Shown: one piece after another, positions 1-11,700 of the stretch
How the letters are laid out: each line of letters begins with the position of its first letter
Numbering within the stretch: the stretch's first letter is position 1
Source of the DNA: a virus
Length of the DNA: 64,000 nt
Reading direction: 5' to 3' (one strand)
Virus record (IMG/VR): IMGVR_UViG_3300045118_000047
Location: 6,779 to 70,778 of that record
Program-made: the position numbers and the translations under genes
Notes under the pieces: generated by a model
Databases searched by the model: none
The model's input: the letters and a program-made list of their open reading frames with translations, nothing else
What the model was told of the DNA's origin: nothing

Positions 1-12
1 GCTCGTCGGGGA

Positions 13-783
13 TTGCGCGAGCTGTTCGGAATGGAAGGATTGACGGGGCGTATCCTGATAGATGCCCGTGGTTATCCTGATTGCAGGGCGGCGATGAAGG
101 TAGCGGCGAACAGTCCCTATAAGCGATTCATCAAGTATGTTGCCGGATGTAAATGCGGGGATCATCATGTTCTCCCGGCGAATGAGCGTGCCCTGTTTGG
201 TGAGATTGTGGCTTCTACTGGAAACCCGACCGATGACTTCATGGCGGGTTCCGAGACTTCAAGTAGTCTGGTTTCACATTGCCGGTCAACCATGTTGCCG
301 GTTCTGGCCGCAGAAGGCGATCTGGACAAGTCGGTGCTTGACAGTACGTTGATCGAGATGATGAACGTGACGGGGCTTCCTTCTGGTATTGCTGAAGGCA
401 TCCACGCGATGAAGGCAAGCAACTTTGCCAAGGTTCGCGCCGCTTTCCGTTGGCTGGATAAGCAGATTGATGCGGCGGAAGATTCCCGGTATGCAGGGAA
501 GGTCGATGCCAAGGAGTTCCGCTTGGGCCAAGCAGATATGCCTGTTGAGATTTTTGATGCTCAGCCCGGAGAGATCAATCTCAACGAAAGACAGGCACCG
601 TTGGACGTTGAGTTGTTTAAAGAGTCGGCAGCTCCGCTGGACGTTGAGCCAAGCCCATTCCAAGAGCCGGAACTTGAAGGATCGGACGAGATCATTCTGG
701 ATGAGCAGGCCGAAGTTTTGCCAAGTCTGGAAGACGTGGTTTTGACGGGAGACATGGACTTTGGTGACGGCGACAAACCCTAA
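13..783 (+). CDS. hypothetical protein with acidic C-terminus, probably 5'-truncated by the window edge
   Basis: Long + strand ORF abutting the next gene; no recognisable motif. Confidence 0.5.
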   Translation: MRELFGMEGLTGRILIDARGYPDCRAAMKVAANSPYKRFIKYVAGCKCGDHHVLPANERALFGEIVASTGNPTDDFMAGSETSSSLVSHCRSTMLPVLAAEGDLDKSVLDSTLIEMMNVTGLPSGIAEGIHAMKASNFAKVRAAFRWLDKQIDAAEDSRYAGKVDAKEFRLGQADMPVEIFDAQPGEINLNERQAPLDVELFKESAAPLDVEPSPFQEPELEGSDEIILDEQAEVLPSLEDVVLTGDMDFGDGDKP

Positions 784-792
784 TGGGACAAT

Positions 793-1374
793 ATGAGCGG
801 AGATCAAGATTTCGACAAGGCCGACGCCGATGCTGGCGTGGCAGTAGCACTCCCGCCAGAGTCTCGCTCCGGGACGACAGCGTTGGCGGGGCGGTTGCCG
901 TCAGACATTATTGCCTACCGGAAAAGTCTCGTCGAGAAGTACCACGCAGGAGCGCCCAGCTTCATCGAGCGGTTGCGCCGTGCCGGAAAGTCCGACATGG
1001 AATCGCTCTATGTATCGTTGATGGATGAAGTCCTTGGGGAGACGGACCATCTCCTTGGAAACGAACTGATCGCCACGCAGAACGGAGAGCTTCGGGATGC
1101 TTCGGTCATATCGTTCAAACGGGCTGAAGTCTTGGAAAAGGCGCTCAGAGCCGTTCAGACAAAACAGCAGTTGAAGGGCAATGGGTTTGACGTTGATGCG
1201 CCTGAAATGATGGTGGTGTTTCGTTTCTTCTTGGCGAAGGTGAAGGAGACATTCGACAGGATCGGAGTGAATCCTGAGATACCGGATTTGTTCTTTCGCC
1301 GTTTTGGGGAAGTGACGGATAACTGGCAGAAAGAACTCCGGGAACGTCTTGACGTGCTGGGGACTCAGAGGTGA
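793..1374 (+). CDS. putative terminase small subunit / hypothetical protein
   Basis: 193-aa helical protein immediately upstream of the large terminase; positional inference only. Confidence 0.35.
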   Translation: MSGDQDFDKADADAGVAVALPPESRSGTTALAGRLPSDIIAYRKSLVEKYHAGAPSFIERLRRAGKSDMESLYVSLMDEVLGETDHLLGNELIATQNGELRDASVISFKRAEVLEKALRAVQTKQQLKGNGFDVDAPEMMVVFRFFLAKVKETFDRIGVNPEIPDLFFRRFGEVTDNWQKELRERLDVLGTQR

Positions 1375-1381
1375 AAAGCGA

Positions 1382-4300
1382 ATGCCGACAAACATTCTTG
1401 CTGAGATTTCCAAGGAGTTCATCTCCGAGAGCAAGACTATCGCCGATGTCGTCACCTTCGTCGAGTCGTCTTGGGGCTTGGGGATCAAGCTCCTTCCCGT
1501 GCAACGCTTCATTTTGAAGTGTTTATACGGGTTGCCGCTGGACAATGGACCTAAGACCATTGATGTCCCCGATGTCGTCAATGAGCACACGCTTTATCGT
1601 TTCAACGAAAAAGAGTTTTTGGCATGGCTCTATGCAGAAGGTCGCTGCAATACGGACGAGACTGAAGGACGCATCTTCCAAGAAATCATTCTTGCCATAG
1701 GTCGTCGTGGAACCAAGTGTCGTGATCGGAATGACCTAATAGCAACCACAGACGGCACACTATCCTTTGGTGAACTTCTTGGAAGACTCAAGGCTCGGCA
1801 ACGTATTGGGATTCAGACTTATGATCCAAACACGCTCACGGCTTCGGTGTCTTATGATTTGAAGGCCCAAGACAATCGGAGTGAATGTTTTGAACTGACG
1901 ACAGCACGGGGGATTTGTGAGACATCTTCTTGGAACCATCCGTATTTGATTTGGAGACCGGAATGGGAGAAGCCGGATTGGGTTGAGATGTGTAGGCTCA
2001 GGGCTGGTGATAAGATAGCGACATCTAAGCAGGTTGGTCTTTTTGGCCAAGGGGGAGTGGGGGTCAATAAGGCCGCTCTATTGGGTCATCTCCAAGGCGA
2101 TGGTGGGACTACTTGTTCTGTTGGATACACCACCAGTAGTCGGGTTATGCTTGCCGACCTTCGTCGGCTGATTTTGTGTGAGTTCCCTGAGTATGTGGTC
2201 AAGAAGAAGGGGAAATCTGCTTTTAGAATGGGATATGAAGTTGTCAAGGCATCTGGAAGGTTCAAACAAAATGGTAGTCAGAAGAACGAAGTGGGGGAGT
2301 GGCTGAAACGGGAGCATTGTTTTGGCAAGAAGGCTGTTGAAAAGGAAGTTCCTGCTTGTATTTTTCAGGGCAGTAAAGCGGAAGTAGCTGCCTTCTTGTC
2401 TCGCTTATTTGGGTGTGATGGACATGCTAGTGTTGAGAACATAGTTCCCAAAGATCATGGTGGGGTTCCTAAGTCGCATGTGGGATATTGTTCGGCTTCA
2501 AAAAAGATGATTGATGGCGTTAGACATCTTCTTTTGAAGTTCGGGATACATGGGTGTGTTTGTCCGATAAAAGCCGTATGTGATGGGAAGACTTTCAATG
2601 CTTGGACATTACGCATAGTCAGGTCAGACAGTTTGGAGAAATTCAGAAATCAGATAAACATATTCTCGAAAGAGGACGCTGTTGATAGGGTACTACAAGC
2701 ATCTCGTCTGAGAAGTTTGTCAAAGAGTGAGTTTGACTGTGTTCCTTCTGGTGTCTGGAATTACATTCGACGGGTAATGAAGGGTTCTTCGGCGAGATTG
2801 CGATGGCGATACGCTCCGAGTAAGTGGAAGGTGCGAGATTATGGTGAACATATCGGTGATGCTTTTCTCAGGGCTATTGGTTCGTCCGATGTGCTGTGGG
2901 ACGAAGTGGAGTCTGTGAGATGCGTCGGAATGCGTGATACGGTGGATGTAGAAGTAGGTGGGACGCATATTATCGGTGGAGATATTGTGTCACACAATTC
3001 CACATTGGCATCTTGTGTCTCTAACTACGAGATGTACAAGCTGTTGAAGTATGGCGACCCGTCGAAGTATTACGGCTTCCCGTCGTTCACTACGCTGGCG
3101 ATTTTGAATGTGGCTCCTACGGACGAGCAGGCTGACATCGTCTTTGAGATGACGCAAAGTATGGCCATGCGTTGTCCTTTTATGAAGGATCGCTCGATCC
3201 ACCAGACGATGACCTATTTTGACCTTCAGACGGACCCGGACATGCAGGCCCACGGCAAACCAAGGGCGAGCTTGCTGTCGCTGGCTGGCGGATGTTCGTC
3301 CAACTCACTTCGTGGTCGTAATGCCATCGTGGTCATCATGGATGAGATGGCGCACTTCATCGACAACAACGGTCGGTTTTCTGGATCGGAAGTGTACAAG
3401 GCTCTTACGCCGTCTATCGCTTCGTTCCGTCGCGATGGTAAGGTGGTCTGTATTTCATCGCCTTACGCGAAGTTCGGAAAGTTCTACGAGCGTTGGGATG
3501 AGTCTTTCCGGGAGCAGGAAATCACACTGGCTTTCAAGATGTATAGCGCGATGGTGAATCCGACGATCCCGTCGGAAATCCTGCGGGCAGCTAGAAAGCG
3601 AGATCGTGTTGGGTTCATGTGCGAGTATGGTGGTGAGTTCTCCGACACGGTAACAGCGTGGATCGATGATGAAGCGGAGTTTCGTCGCTGTATTGTGAAC
3701 ACTCCTGCGCCTTCACGGGGAGTCCATGATGTGCAGTATTTCTTTGGAGTTGATTTGGGGTTCAAAAACGATGGGACTGGGCTTGCTATCGTCCATAGGG
3801 AGCCAGACAGCCGTATCATTCTGGATTACGCGAATGTTTGGTATTCTGGGTCGTCGGATGTCTGGGAGTTTAGCGACAGTATTTATCGGGCGTGCAACAA
3901 GTATGCTTCTTTGGAATTGTTGCGGATGGCGGACATTGTGGAAGAGATCAAGGAGCTTGTGAAGTGGTTCCCGCCGAAAGCGGGTGTATTCGACCAGCAT
4001 AACGGTTACGCCTTGGCGGAAGCCTTTCAGGTCGAGCGTATGTCTCAGTTTCAGATGGAGAATTTTTCAGACACTATAAATGATGAAGTGTATCGTTTGG
4101 TCAAGAGATTGTATGCTGAGCAATTTCTGACCTTGTTTGACCATCCTGTTTTGGTTAGGGAGATGCTGTCTCTTGAAGCGGAAAGGAAGTCCAGCAGCGT
4201 TACCGATGTAGAGCTTAGGAGCGAGAGCAGACATGGCAAGATGGTCGTCAGGCAACCCAATCGCCGTGGGGCGCATAACGACATCTCGGATGCTTTCTGT

Positions 4301-4498
4301 CGGGCGGTGTGGTTGTGCTACAATACCTTTAAGGAAACTCCGCCGCGAGTGGTGACAGGGGTTGGCGGAAGGGTCCCGTCATTGTTTGGAAAGACAGAGA
4401 CACAGGCTTCGTTTGTTGTGAAGCGAATGAAGCAGCACGGGGATCATCCGCGTGGCTTGTATCGGTCTCGGTATAAGGCGATGTTGTTGGGAAGGTAA
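1382..4498 (+). CDS. terL: terminase large subunit with intein
   Basis: Walker A GRRGTK|S (split by the intein), Walker B VIMDEMAH, motif III ISSP, RNase H-like nuclease motifs FGVDLG..D and HNDISDA. Confidence 0.92.
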   Translation: MPTNILAEISKEFISESKTIADVVTFVESSWGLGIKLLPVQRFILKCLYGLPLDNGPKTIDVPDVVNEHTLYRFNEKEFLAWLYAEGRCNTDETEGRIFQEIILAIGRRGTKCRDRNDLIATTDGTLSFGELLGRLKARQRIGIQTYDPNTLTASVSYDLKAQDNRSECFELTTARGICETSSWNHPYLIWRPEWEKPDWVEMCRLRAGDKIATSKQVGLFGQGGVGVNKAALLGHLQGDGGTTCSVGYTTSSRVMLADLRRLILCEFPEYVVKKKGKSAFRMGYEVVKASGRFKQNGSQKNEVGEWLKREHCFGKKAVEKEVPACIFQGSKAEVAAFLSRLFGCDGHASVENIVPKDHGGVPKSHVGYCSASKKMIDGVRHLLLKFGIHGCVCPIKAVCDGKTFNAWTLRIVRSDSLEKFRNQINIFSKEDAVDRVLQASRLRSLSKSEFDCVPSGVWNYIRRVMKGSSARLRWRYAPSKWKVRDYGEHIGDAFLRAIGSSDVLWDEVESVRCVGMRDTVDVEVGGTHIIGGDIVSHNSTLASCVSNYEMYKLLKYGDPSKYYGFPSFTTLAILNVAPTDEQADIVFEMTQSMAMRCPFMKDRSIHQTMTYFDLQTDPDMQAHGKPRASLLSLAGGCSSNSLRGRNAIVVIMDEMAHFIDNNGRFSGSEVYKALTPSIASFRRDGKVVCISSPYAKFGKFYERWDESFREQEITLAFKMYSAMVNPTIPSEILRAARKRDRVGFMCEYGGEFSDTVTAWIDDEAEFRRCIVNTPAPSRGVHDVQYFFGVDLGFKNDGTGLAIVHREPDSRIILDYANVWYSGSSDVWEFSDSIYRACNKYASLELLRMADIVEEIKELVKWFPPKAGVFDQHNGYALAEAFQVERMSQFQMENFSDTINDEVYRLVKRLYAEQFLTLFDHPVLVREMLSLEAERKSSSVTDVELRSESRHGKMVVRQPNRRGAHNDISDAFCRAVWLCYNTFKETPPRVVTGVGGRVPSLFGKTETQASFVVKRMKQHGDHPRGLYRSRYKAMLLGR
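1718..2998 (+). mobile_element. intein with LAGLIDADG homing endonuclease in the TerL Walker A motif (427 aa)
   Basis: Starts CRDRNDLIATTDG, block B SWNHPY, LAGLIDADG-like LLGHLQGDG and FLSRLFGCDG, ends VSHN|S. Confidence 0.92.
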
Positions 4499-4505
4499 GT
4501 CTCCA

Positions 4506-5054
4506 ATGGAGAGCAATATGAAAACAGCGAAGAAACTGGTGAACAGCGAGATGCTGGCCGGAGTCAAAGACGCCGAAGCGACTTTGGCTCGTAGGGAAGT
4601 AGAAGAATTAGAGTCCGGCTTGCCGGAAGGACACCCGCTCCGGGATGAAGCGGAGAAGCAAAAAGCCTTGCTGGGGGACTTGAGCGGCCTTCCGCCGGGG
4701 CATCCTTTGCTCAAGGCGATGCAGGCTGCCAAGGACCGTTACGATCAGCGGGAAAAAGAGCAGGGGGCCGCAAGAGAAGTCAGGCAGGCCAAAAAGGTCG
4801 ATGCCGATAGCGCCAAAAAAGAAGCGAGACGGGTGGAAGAAGCTCAGGTTGAGCGGCATCGCACGGCTTCTCATACGGTGAATGCGGGCATTGATGCCGC
4901 CTTGCGGGAAGTTCGGGGGCTATACAAGACAATGTCCGAACATGAAGAAATCTTGAATATGAATCCCTATAGTAGAGCTAAGGTGATTCGGCTGAAGCGG
5001 CTCCTGTTTGCAGCAGAGCGTGGGCTGTCTGAAGGCAAAATCACAAGGATGTAA
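4506..5054 (+). CDS. hypothetical coiled-coil protein
   Basis: ORF between terL and portal; internal repeat GLP.GHPL twice. Confidence 0.6.
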   Translation: MESNMKTAKKLVNSEMLAGVKDAEATLARREVEELESGLPEGHPLRDEAEKQKALLGDLSGLPPGHPLLKAMQAAKDRYDQREKEQGAAREVRQAKKVDADSAKKEARRVEEAQVERHRTASHTVNAGIDAALREVRGLYKTMSEHEEILNMNPYSRAKVIRLKRLLFAAERGLSEGKITRM

Positions 5055-5057
5055 GCT

Positions 5058-8000
5058 ATGGCAAGGTCAAAAAAAGCATCTGGTGAACATTTTGACGGCG
5101 GCGTCAAGCGTCCCGGCGTTCAAACGGGTCCTGCGGACCCGGTACGGGCAAGGATTGCTCGCAGGGCGGTGGGGGCAGGCGGATTTGGGTTCGGCGGACA
5201 TGGGCGTGAGCGTGAAGCTGGAATGCTGATCGATACGTCTCAGGTTGCCGCTCCATACGCTACGGGATACAAGCTGGAAGCCTACCGGACTTCGTATGCT
5301 TACGGCCTGAGTGACCGCACAGGAGCTTACGACATCCCGACCTATTTCGTGATGATGAACGAGCAGAACGGCGGGATGATCTACTGGCCCGTCACACTGC
5401 ATGAGAAGTATTCGTGGTATCGGTACTGGGCGCGGTCGGATGCCTATATCGGCAGGGCTTTGGAGTTGCTGTCAGACCTGCCGATGTCGAAGCTCACCTT
5501 GAATATGCCCAAGATGCCCAAGGGCAAGAAGGGATTAGCTCAGGAGATTTTGGACTTCTTCAACTATCAGCTTGAAGTTATCAATGCCTTTGAGCTGTGC
5601 CAGAGCATTCTCTGGGAGTCCAACATGATCGGCAACTGCTTCAAGGGCGACACGATGATTGTTACATCGAAGGGTGTGTTGCCTATAGCGGAAGTCCGTG
5701 TTGGAGATGCTGTCCTTGATGCTTCTGGAAATTTTTCCAAGGTGACAAATATCGCCAGAAGGAGCGTGCAGGAAAGGCTGGTGTCGTTGCGGATTGCAAA
5801 GATGGCCGGTGTGGAGTTTATGCCTACAGCCGAACATCCTGTTTTTCTTCTCAAGGAAAACAGCAGAGAAGAAATGGTGAAGGCGGGTGATGTTCGTCGT
5901 GGAGATTGGATCGGAGTAGGAGCTACGGGAGAATCACGGGATGTGGATGTTGTTCCTTGGAAGGACGATCTTCTGGATCGGTATTTGCCGTCATTCTATA
6001 CAAAGATCGAAAAGGCGGTTCGAGGATCGCAGGTTGATATTCGGTGTGGATATGATGTCCCGACCGGATTGAGCGTGGATGCTGAAAACCTTCGAGATGC
6101 TATCTTGGCGTGGATTTCCGAATTGAAGGAGCCTACGACGGCTGATTGTTCGGAAGTTGCTAAAGCTATTGGCGTGGCTGATGCAGAACGAGTCAGATCG
6201 ATTGCCTATGCCATGCGAAAGAATGGAGAGATTAGGACCGAAAGGACCAGTAAGGGTGGGGTTGGAGGAAGCTCGCTGATTTGGTATCCGGGAGTATTTT
6301 CTGTGCCAACTGGTCATATTCGTAATATGGAGACCGTTTTTTCTCCTGTGGCAAGTCCGTCTATCTCTGTAGATGAGGACTTCTTATATCTTCTTGGTTA
6401 TTGGATGGGAGACGGATGGCTGTGGAAATCCAAGAACAAATATGCCAAAGAGTTCGAGGGATGGGACATTTGCGTATCTTCCAAGGCTGTTGATCTTTTC
6501 CTTCGTGTAGATGCGGCGGCAAGAAGTGTTTTTGGAGAGGACGCGGTTGATAATGAGCCGTTTATAGACGGTGATATGTCGCATGTGGTGGTTCGAGACC
6601 CACTTTTGGCGGCATGGTGGAACACCCAGTTTGGCAACGACTGTGAAAGCAAGAAGATTCCCGACTGGATTATGTCCTTGCCTGTGGAAAAAGCTATCTG
6701 GGTTTTGAGAGGAATGATTGATAGTGATGGGTATGTGACTAAGACAGAATCGGGTGGTTGTCAGGCAGGCATGGTTGGGACGAATAAGGCTTTGATGCTT
6801 CAGTTGTTCCACTTGTCTCTGCGTTGTGGCATCCCTGCTTCCTTTGGGAAAACGGATAAGCGTAGTGGTCAACTTCCAAACGGTCAACGGATAGAAACTC
6901 GTGAGGTTTATACCGTATCTGTTGGCGTTAGGGATTACTATGAAATGCTGGTTGACGGATGTTCTAAGGCTCAAAAGGCTGATTGGTCTTCAGAAGAATC
7001 GGTCAATATCGCCTTCAAAGAAGTAGATGGTCGTTTCTATTATAGGGTTGATGGCGTAGATCGTCCGTTCCATTCTGGTTTCGTTTACAATTTCGAGGTT
7101 GATGGAAGTCACACCTATTGTGCAAACGGAGTACGCACGCACAACTGCTACATCTTCCACGAGTGGGACGAGAAGAAGAAGATGTGGTCCAGAGCGGTCA
7201 TGCTTCCGCCGGAAGAAGTGTACGTTTTCCAATACCCATTCACGGATAACAAACGGGTGGAATACCGACCGCAGCGTTTGATTCAGCTCATCAAGAGTGC
7301 CGGGGATGCGGAAGCCAGCGAAGTTCCAAGGGGAGACTATGACCGCTCGGACATGAATCGAAAGATTGTTGAAGGAGTCCCCAAGGAGCTAAGGACAATG
7401 GTGCAGAGGGAAGGTTGTATCGTCATGGATACAGACCCGATGACGGGTTCGTTTGTGCATCATATTGCCCGCAGGCGGTCGCCGTACATGGATATTGGAG
7501 CTTCCGTGTTGGAGCGCGTATTGGTGCCGATGCTTCAGAAAGAGCATTACCGGTATACCCAGTTGAGCTTGGCTAGTCGCAATATGACGCCGAAGAACTT
7601 GATTTCGGCACCGGGTCTGATGCCGGAAGAGTTGGATGATTTGCGGACGCAGGTGGACCTGTCCTACATGGACCCGGAGTATTCGGTTATCACCAACTAT
7701 GAAATCCACTGGGAGCAGATTGGTCCCCAAGAGCGTTTCCTTGATTTCGGACGTGAATACGAACAGATCGAGAATCAGGTTTTCGCCGCGATGGGCGTGA
7801 CGCGAGAGCTTTTGACGGGAGAAGGTCAGTTCTCAGGGACCAAGATCACCGTCGAAATTCTAAACACGATGTTCCTGCTGACTCGCGAAGTTCTGAAGAA
7901 CTACATCGAGAAGCAGCTCTTCATCCCAATCTGCGAAGCCCACGGCTGGTATGAAGAAGACAAGAACGGGGTCAAGAAATACTACTGTCCGCAGATTGGC

Positions 8001-8513
8001 TTCAACCGCTTAACGATTCGCGACAATGCGGAAGTGTTTGATTCTCTGTTCCAGCTTTACCAGAAGGGCAGCTTGCCGGTGGACGTGATCTACGAGTTGT
8101 TCAACTTGAACCCCGAAGAGATGCACGCCAAGTTGTTGGAAGATGCTTTTACGGTCAAGGACGCGACCTTCAACCGACTGTTGGAAGAAGTCAACACGGA
8201 AGTTGGCAGGGCCATTCCGCAACAGACAGATGCCGTCGAGAAGGTGTCGAAGTATCTTGGTTTGAAGTTGGTCGGCAAGTCCGAAGAACAGGGTGGAGAC
8301 GGTATGGGCGGCGACTTCCAAGAAGGTATGGACGAACAGCAAGGCCAGCAAGAACAGCAGGGTCAGCAAGAACAGCAGGGTCAGGAGCAAGGCCAAGAAG
8401 GAGACCCTGAATCTATTGCCAAGACTGTTGCTGAAAAACTACCGGCGGATGCGTCTCCAGAAGACATCAAGGATGCCGTGGAAGAAGCATCAGAGGCAGG
8501 AGAGAAAGCATGA
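5058..8513 (+). CDS. portal protein with intein
   Basis: Position after terL; portal-like segments (DAYIGRALELLSDLPMS, LKNYIEKQLFIPIC); acidic and Q-rich C-terminus. Confidence 0.8.
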   Translation: MARSKKASGEHFDGGVKRPGVQTGPADPVRARIARRAVGAGGFGFGGHGREREAGMLIDTSQVAAPYATGYKLEAYRTSYAYGLSDRTGAYDIPTYFVMMNEQNGGMIYWPVTLHEKYSWYRYWARSDAYIGRALELLSDLPMSKLTLNMPKMPKGKKGLAQEILDFFNYQLEVINAFELCQSILWESNMIGNCFKGDTMIVTSKGVLPIAEVRVGDAVLDASGNFSKVTNIARRSVQERLVSLRIAKMAGVEFMPTAEHPVFLLKENSREEMVKAGDVRRGDWIGVGATGESRDVDVVPWKDDLLDRYLPSFYTKIEKAVRGSQVDIRCGYDVPTGLSVDAENLRDAILAWISELKEPTTADCSEVAKAIGVADAERVRSIAYAMRKNGEIRTERTSKGGVGGSSLIWYPGVFSVPTGHIRNMETVFSPVASPSISVDEDFLYLLGYWMGDGWLWKSKNKYAKEFEGWDICVSSKAVDLFLRVDAAARSVFGEDAVDNEPFIDGDMSHVVVRDPLLAAWWNTQFGNDCESKKIPDWIMSLPVEKAIWVLRGMIDSDGYVTKTESGGCQAGMVGTNKALMLQLFHLSLRCGIPASFGKTDKRSGQLPNGQRIETREVYTVSVGVRDYYEMLVDGCSKAQKADWSSEESVNIAFKEVDGRFYYRVDGVDRPFHSGFVYNFEVDGSHTYCANGVRTHNCYIFHEWDEKKKMWSRAVMLPPEEVYVFQYPFTDNKRVEYRPQRLIQLIKSAGDAEASEVPRGDYDRSDMNRKIVEGVPKELRTMVQREGCIVMDTDPMTGSFVHHIARRRSPYMDIGASVLERVLVPMLQKEHYRYTQLSLASRNMTPKNLISAPGLMPEELDDLRTQVDLSYMDPEYSVITNYEIHWEQIGPQERFLDFGREYEQIENQVFAAMGVTRELLTGEGQFSGTKITVEILNTMFLLTREVLKNYIEKQLFIPICEAHGWYEEDKNGVKKYYCPQIGFNRLTIRDNAEVFDSLFQLYQKGSLPVDVIYELFNLNPEEMHAKLLEDAFTVKDATFNRLLEEVNTEVGRAIPQQTDAVEKVSKYLGLKLVGKSEEQGGDGMGGDFQEGMDEQQGQQEQQGQQEQQGQEQGQEGDPESIAKTVAEKLPADASPEDIKDAVEEASEAGEKA
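5637..7145 (+). mobile_element. intein with LAGLIDADG endonuclease in portal (503 aa)
   Basis: Starts CFKGDTMIV, block B TAEHPV, LLGYWMGDG and LRGMIDSDG, ends VYNFEV...THN|C. Confidence 0.92.
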
Positions 8514-8791
8514 AAGAACTGGCAAGACAACTCTTGTTTGTGGCTAAGGATTTGGCTTCGAGAAGCCGAACGGCAGCGAACTTCACAGTGACGCATCAGC
8601 CACATGCGGCGAAACCTTACCATGTTGAATGCGTAGTCATTCCGCCTTCTGCTTGGCACGAGTCACAATACCGAACCTACAGATGGGACGTTTCCTATGA
8701 AGAAGGGGATGCAAAGTGGAGTAGGTTTGCGGAAGCTGCCAGCCGAGCTGTTCGTACCGGTCGCAAACAGAAGTTTATAGGAGACTTGTGA
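8510..8791 (+). CDS. hypothetical protein with N-terminal amphipathic tag
   Basis: Start overlaps the portal stop; begins MKELARQLLFVAKDL. Confidence 0.6.
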   Translation: MKELARQLLFVAKDLASRSRTAANFTVTHQPHAAKPYHVECVVIPPSAWHESQYRTYRWDVSYEEGDAKWSRFAEAASRAVRTGRKQKFIGDL

Positions 8792-11700
8792 GCAGATTGT
8801 TTCTCAGGCGAGCACAGCTTGACGAAAAGGTCAAGCAGCAGATTAGGAAACGGGTGCAGGAGCTTCTAAAGGAGAAGCAAAATAATCCCGATCAGCCTGA
8901 TTCTGCCCAGAATGATGCGCCTGAAAACGACCCAGACAGCGATGGGGCCGTTTACCTGTTTGATGCTTCCGATCATTCCCGCAGTATGGTTGCGCTGGAG
9001 TTTGATACGCGCAAGGAGTACGAGCTATACAAGAAAGAGCATGATGTTGATCCCGGCACCAAGATTAGAATCTTGGAAGAGAGCGGCGGCAAGTCTAAGC
9101 AACAGGACGAACCTTCGGAGAAGCGTGGTCCTGCGAAAGAAGAAGCTCCCAAAGACCGTAAGCCGGGGAAGAATGAGCCTGAAGGAAAGCCGGTCAAGAA
9201 GGAAGAACAGGGAAAGCCCGGCAAGGACAAGCAGGACGACAAGCAGCCAGACAAGGACAAGCCGGAGACTCAAGAGAAGAAGGAAGAGCGTCAGCCGGGA
9301 GAGCCTTTGCCCCATGAGCACCCTTCTCGTATCCCGGAAGGGATGCACCGGCAGGTTGCTATCAAGGACCAACTGATTGACGAGTTTGGGGCGGATGCGA
9401 AGAGTTGGAAGGTCCACAAGCTGTTTCCTTTCCAGATCACCAAGAATGTGACGATCAAGTTCCCGGATGGATCGGACAAAAAGTATGGCGATCTGACCCC
9501 GGATGAGAAAACCAGAGTGGACAAAGCCGTATCGGAAGGGCTGGCAGCGTCCAAGGGTCTTGGCGACTATACCAGTGTCACGATGGCATCTATGCAGCAC
9601 AACATGGCGACAAATCTGGCTCGCTATGACGATACCAGCGTGGAAGAAGTCAAAAACGAAAGTGCTGACCCTGTTTCTCCGTCCAACGCAGAGCAAACAA
9701 GCAAGTCACTGCGTGAAAACGGCAGGACGGTCCTGAAGAAGTACGGGAAGATGATGTCGAGTGTTTCCCGTCCAATGGCGGAGCGTTTTGTTGATGACAT
9801 GGCGGACGCGGTCAGTGAAGGGATCAAGGATGGTTCGCTTTCTGGCGTCCACCAGTCGGATTTGGACGAGTTTGTTCGCGAAGACGTAAAGAGAATGCTC
9901 CATCAGGAGACGGAGACTCGTCGCCGGGCATTAGGAGATCACGGTATTCGCCATGTAGCCGGGAATGCCCGAAACATGATGGAGATGTTTCGTGAACTTC
10001 AGAACGGCGGGACCAAGGTGACAGGGAAGCAGAAGTTCATGGCGCTTTCGGCGATGGCCAACCATGACATAGGATATACGGTCGGGGAAGCCGCAACTGA
10101 TCCGGCAAAAGGCAAGAAGCACAAGCAATTCTCGAAGGACTTGGTGGATCAGGAGAAGGATCGCTACGACAAGATTTTCGGCCAAGAAGACGGCGGGAAG
10201 GTCCGAGACATCATCGCGACACATGACGATCCGAAGTTTGACTGGGAGCAGGACCCTGTTGGTTCGTGTGTTCGTTTGGCCGACAACATTTCGTTGTTTG
10301 GAGAAGATAAGGTGCAGGACTTGTTCCTGCGGTCGCCAAAGGCGGCGATGCTCTGCTGCAAACTCCACTTGGCGGCTCAGGCGAATCCGAGCGACAAGAA
10401 GCTCCAAGAAGAAATCAAGAGCCAACTGCATGAAGTGGTAGACGGCGGGGAGTTTGACGAAGCGGATCGTGAGCCGCTTCACAACCAGATCGACGAGATG
10501 ACCGAAGGGAAGTTCAGCACTACGACTGATATTCTTAGCCGGTACAGCGGGGAGCTGAAGGGCTTCAAGTACGATTCTGACAAGAAACTGATGCACGTCA
10601 ATATGCAGTATTCTACGGAAGGTCAGGTGATAGACGGCCTGTTCGGAGACGAAGTGGCGTGCAGGCAGTTTGAGAAGATGACCAAGGACTTGGGTGGGAA
10701 CCCGGTTCGGGGGAAGCGCGGGAACACTTTGTTTAAGAGTGCCGACGGGAAGCCCGCTTTCCAGCTCGATATTGACGGATTCGATACCGACAAGAATGAT
10801 TCGCCTTATACCCCAGCGATGCGGGACTTCCAAAAGCAAACAGCCCGGTACGAGTTGCAGAGGGCTGTTCGGCGGATCAGCCCGCCGCCCCCGGCAAACG
10901 AGAGAGACTTTGAGAGAGCTAAGCGTGCGGTTGAGCCAGCGAAGGAGAAGTTTACCGAAGCGGAGTGGAAAAAACTCATGGAAGCCTTCGACGAAGGGAA
11001 GGGCGATCCCGTGGAACTGGCGAAAAAGCTGAATGCTTGGCCGCTGCTGCAATCCGAAATGGCATACTTGGAATCCAAGACTGCCAGTGTTTCCGCCGTC
11101 GTTCGTCGTATTATGTTGTCGTATGTTGTAAATCGCGTGGCGGAGGATATGCTTGGGCTACGGGGCTTGAGCCGGGTTGCGTTTGATCTGGCGGAAGATA
11201 TTGCCTATGAGCTTCAAACCCAAACGAAGACGACTACTAGAAGTGAAATGAAGCTCCGTCTAATACTGCTTGGACTCAAGGGTTCTTTGGCGGAAAAAAT
11301 CTTGGACAAGTGGGAAGAGAATGTGTCCTTGTGGCACCATTCAAGACAGTGGGTCGCAGAGTGGGTTCGGAGAATGATGGGACCCGCACTGGTGACAGCG
11401 GCAAGGGGAATGCAGGTCCGACGGAAAGACACGGACACTATCCATGACACGGGCGGGGTTTCCAAGCATCGTCAGCGGGACCCGGAGATGAAGCCCCCGC
11501 GTGAAGACCTGAGTAACCCGCACCGGACAAAGGATAAGCCATCGGGCAGTCACGATCCAGACACGGATGGCGATCCAGATTTGAAGTCTAGGAAAGCCGA
11601 TGGTCCATCCGGGATTCGCAGGGTAACGTATTACACGGCGTATCCGGTGGAAACTTGTGATCGTTGCAGTGCCGCGATTCGGCAGGTCGCCTTGGTTGAG

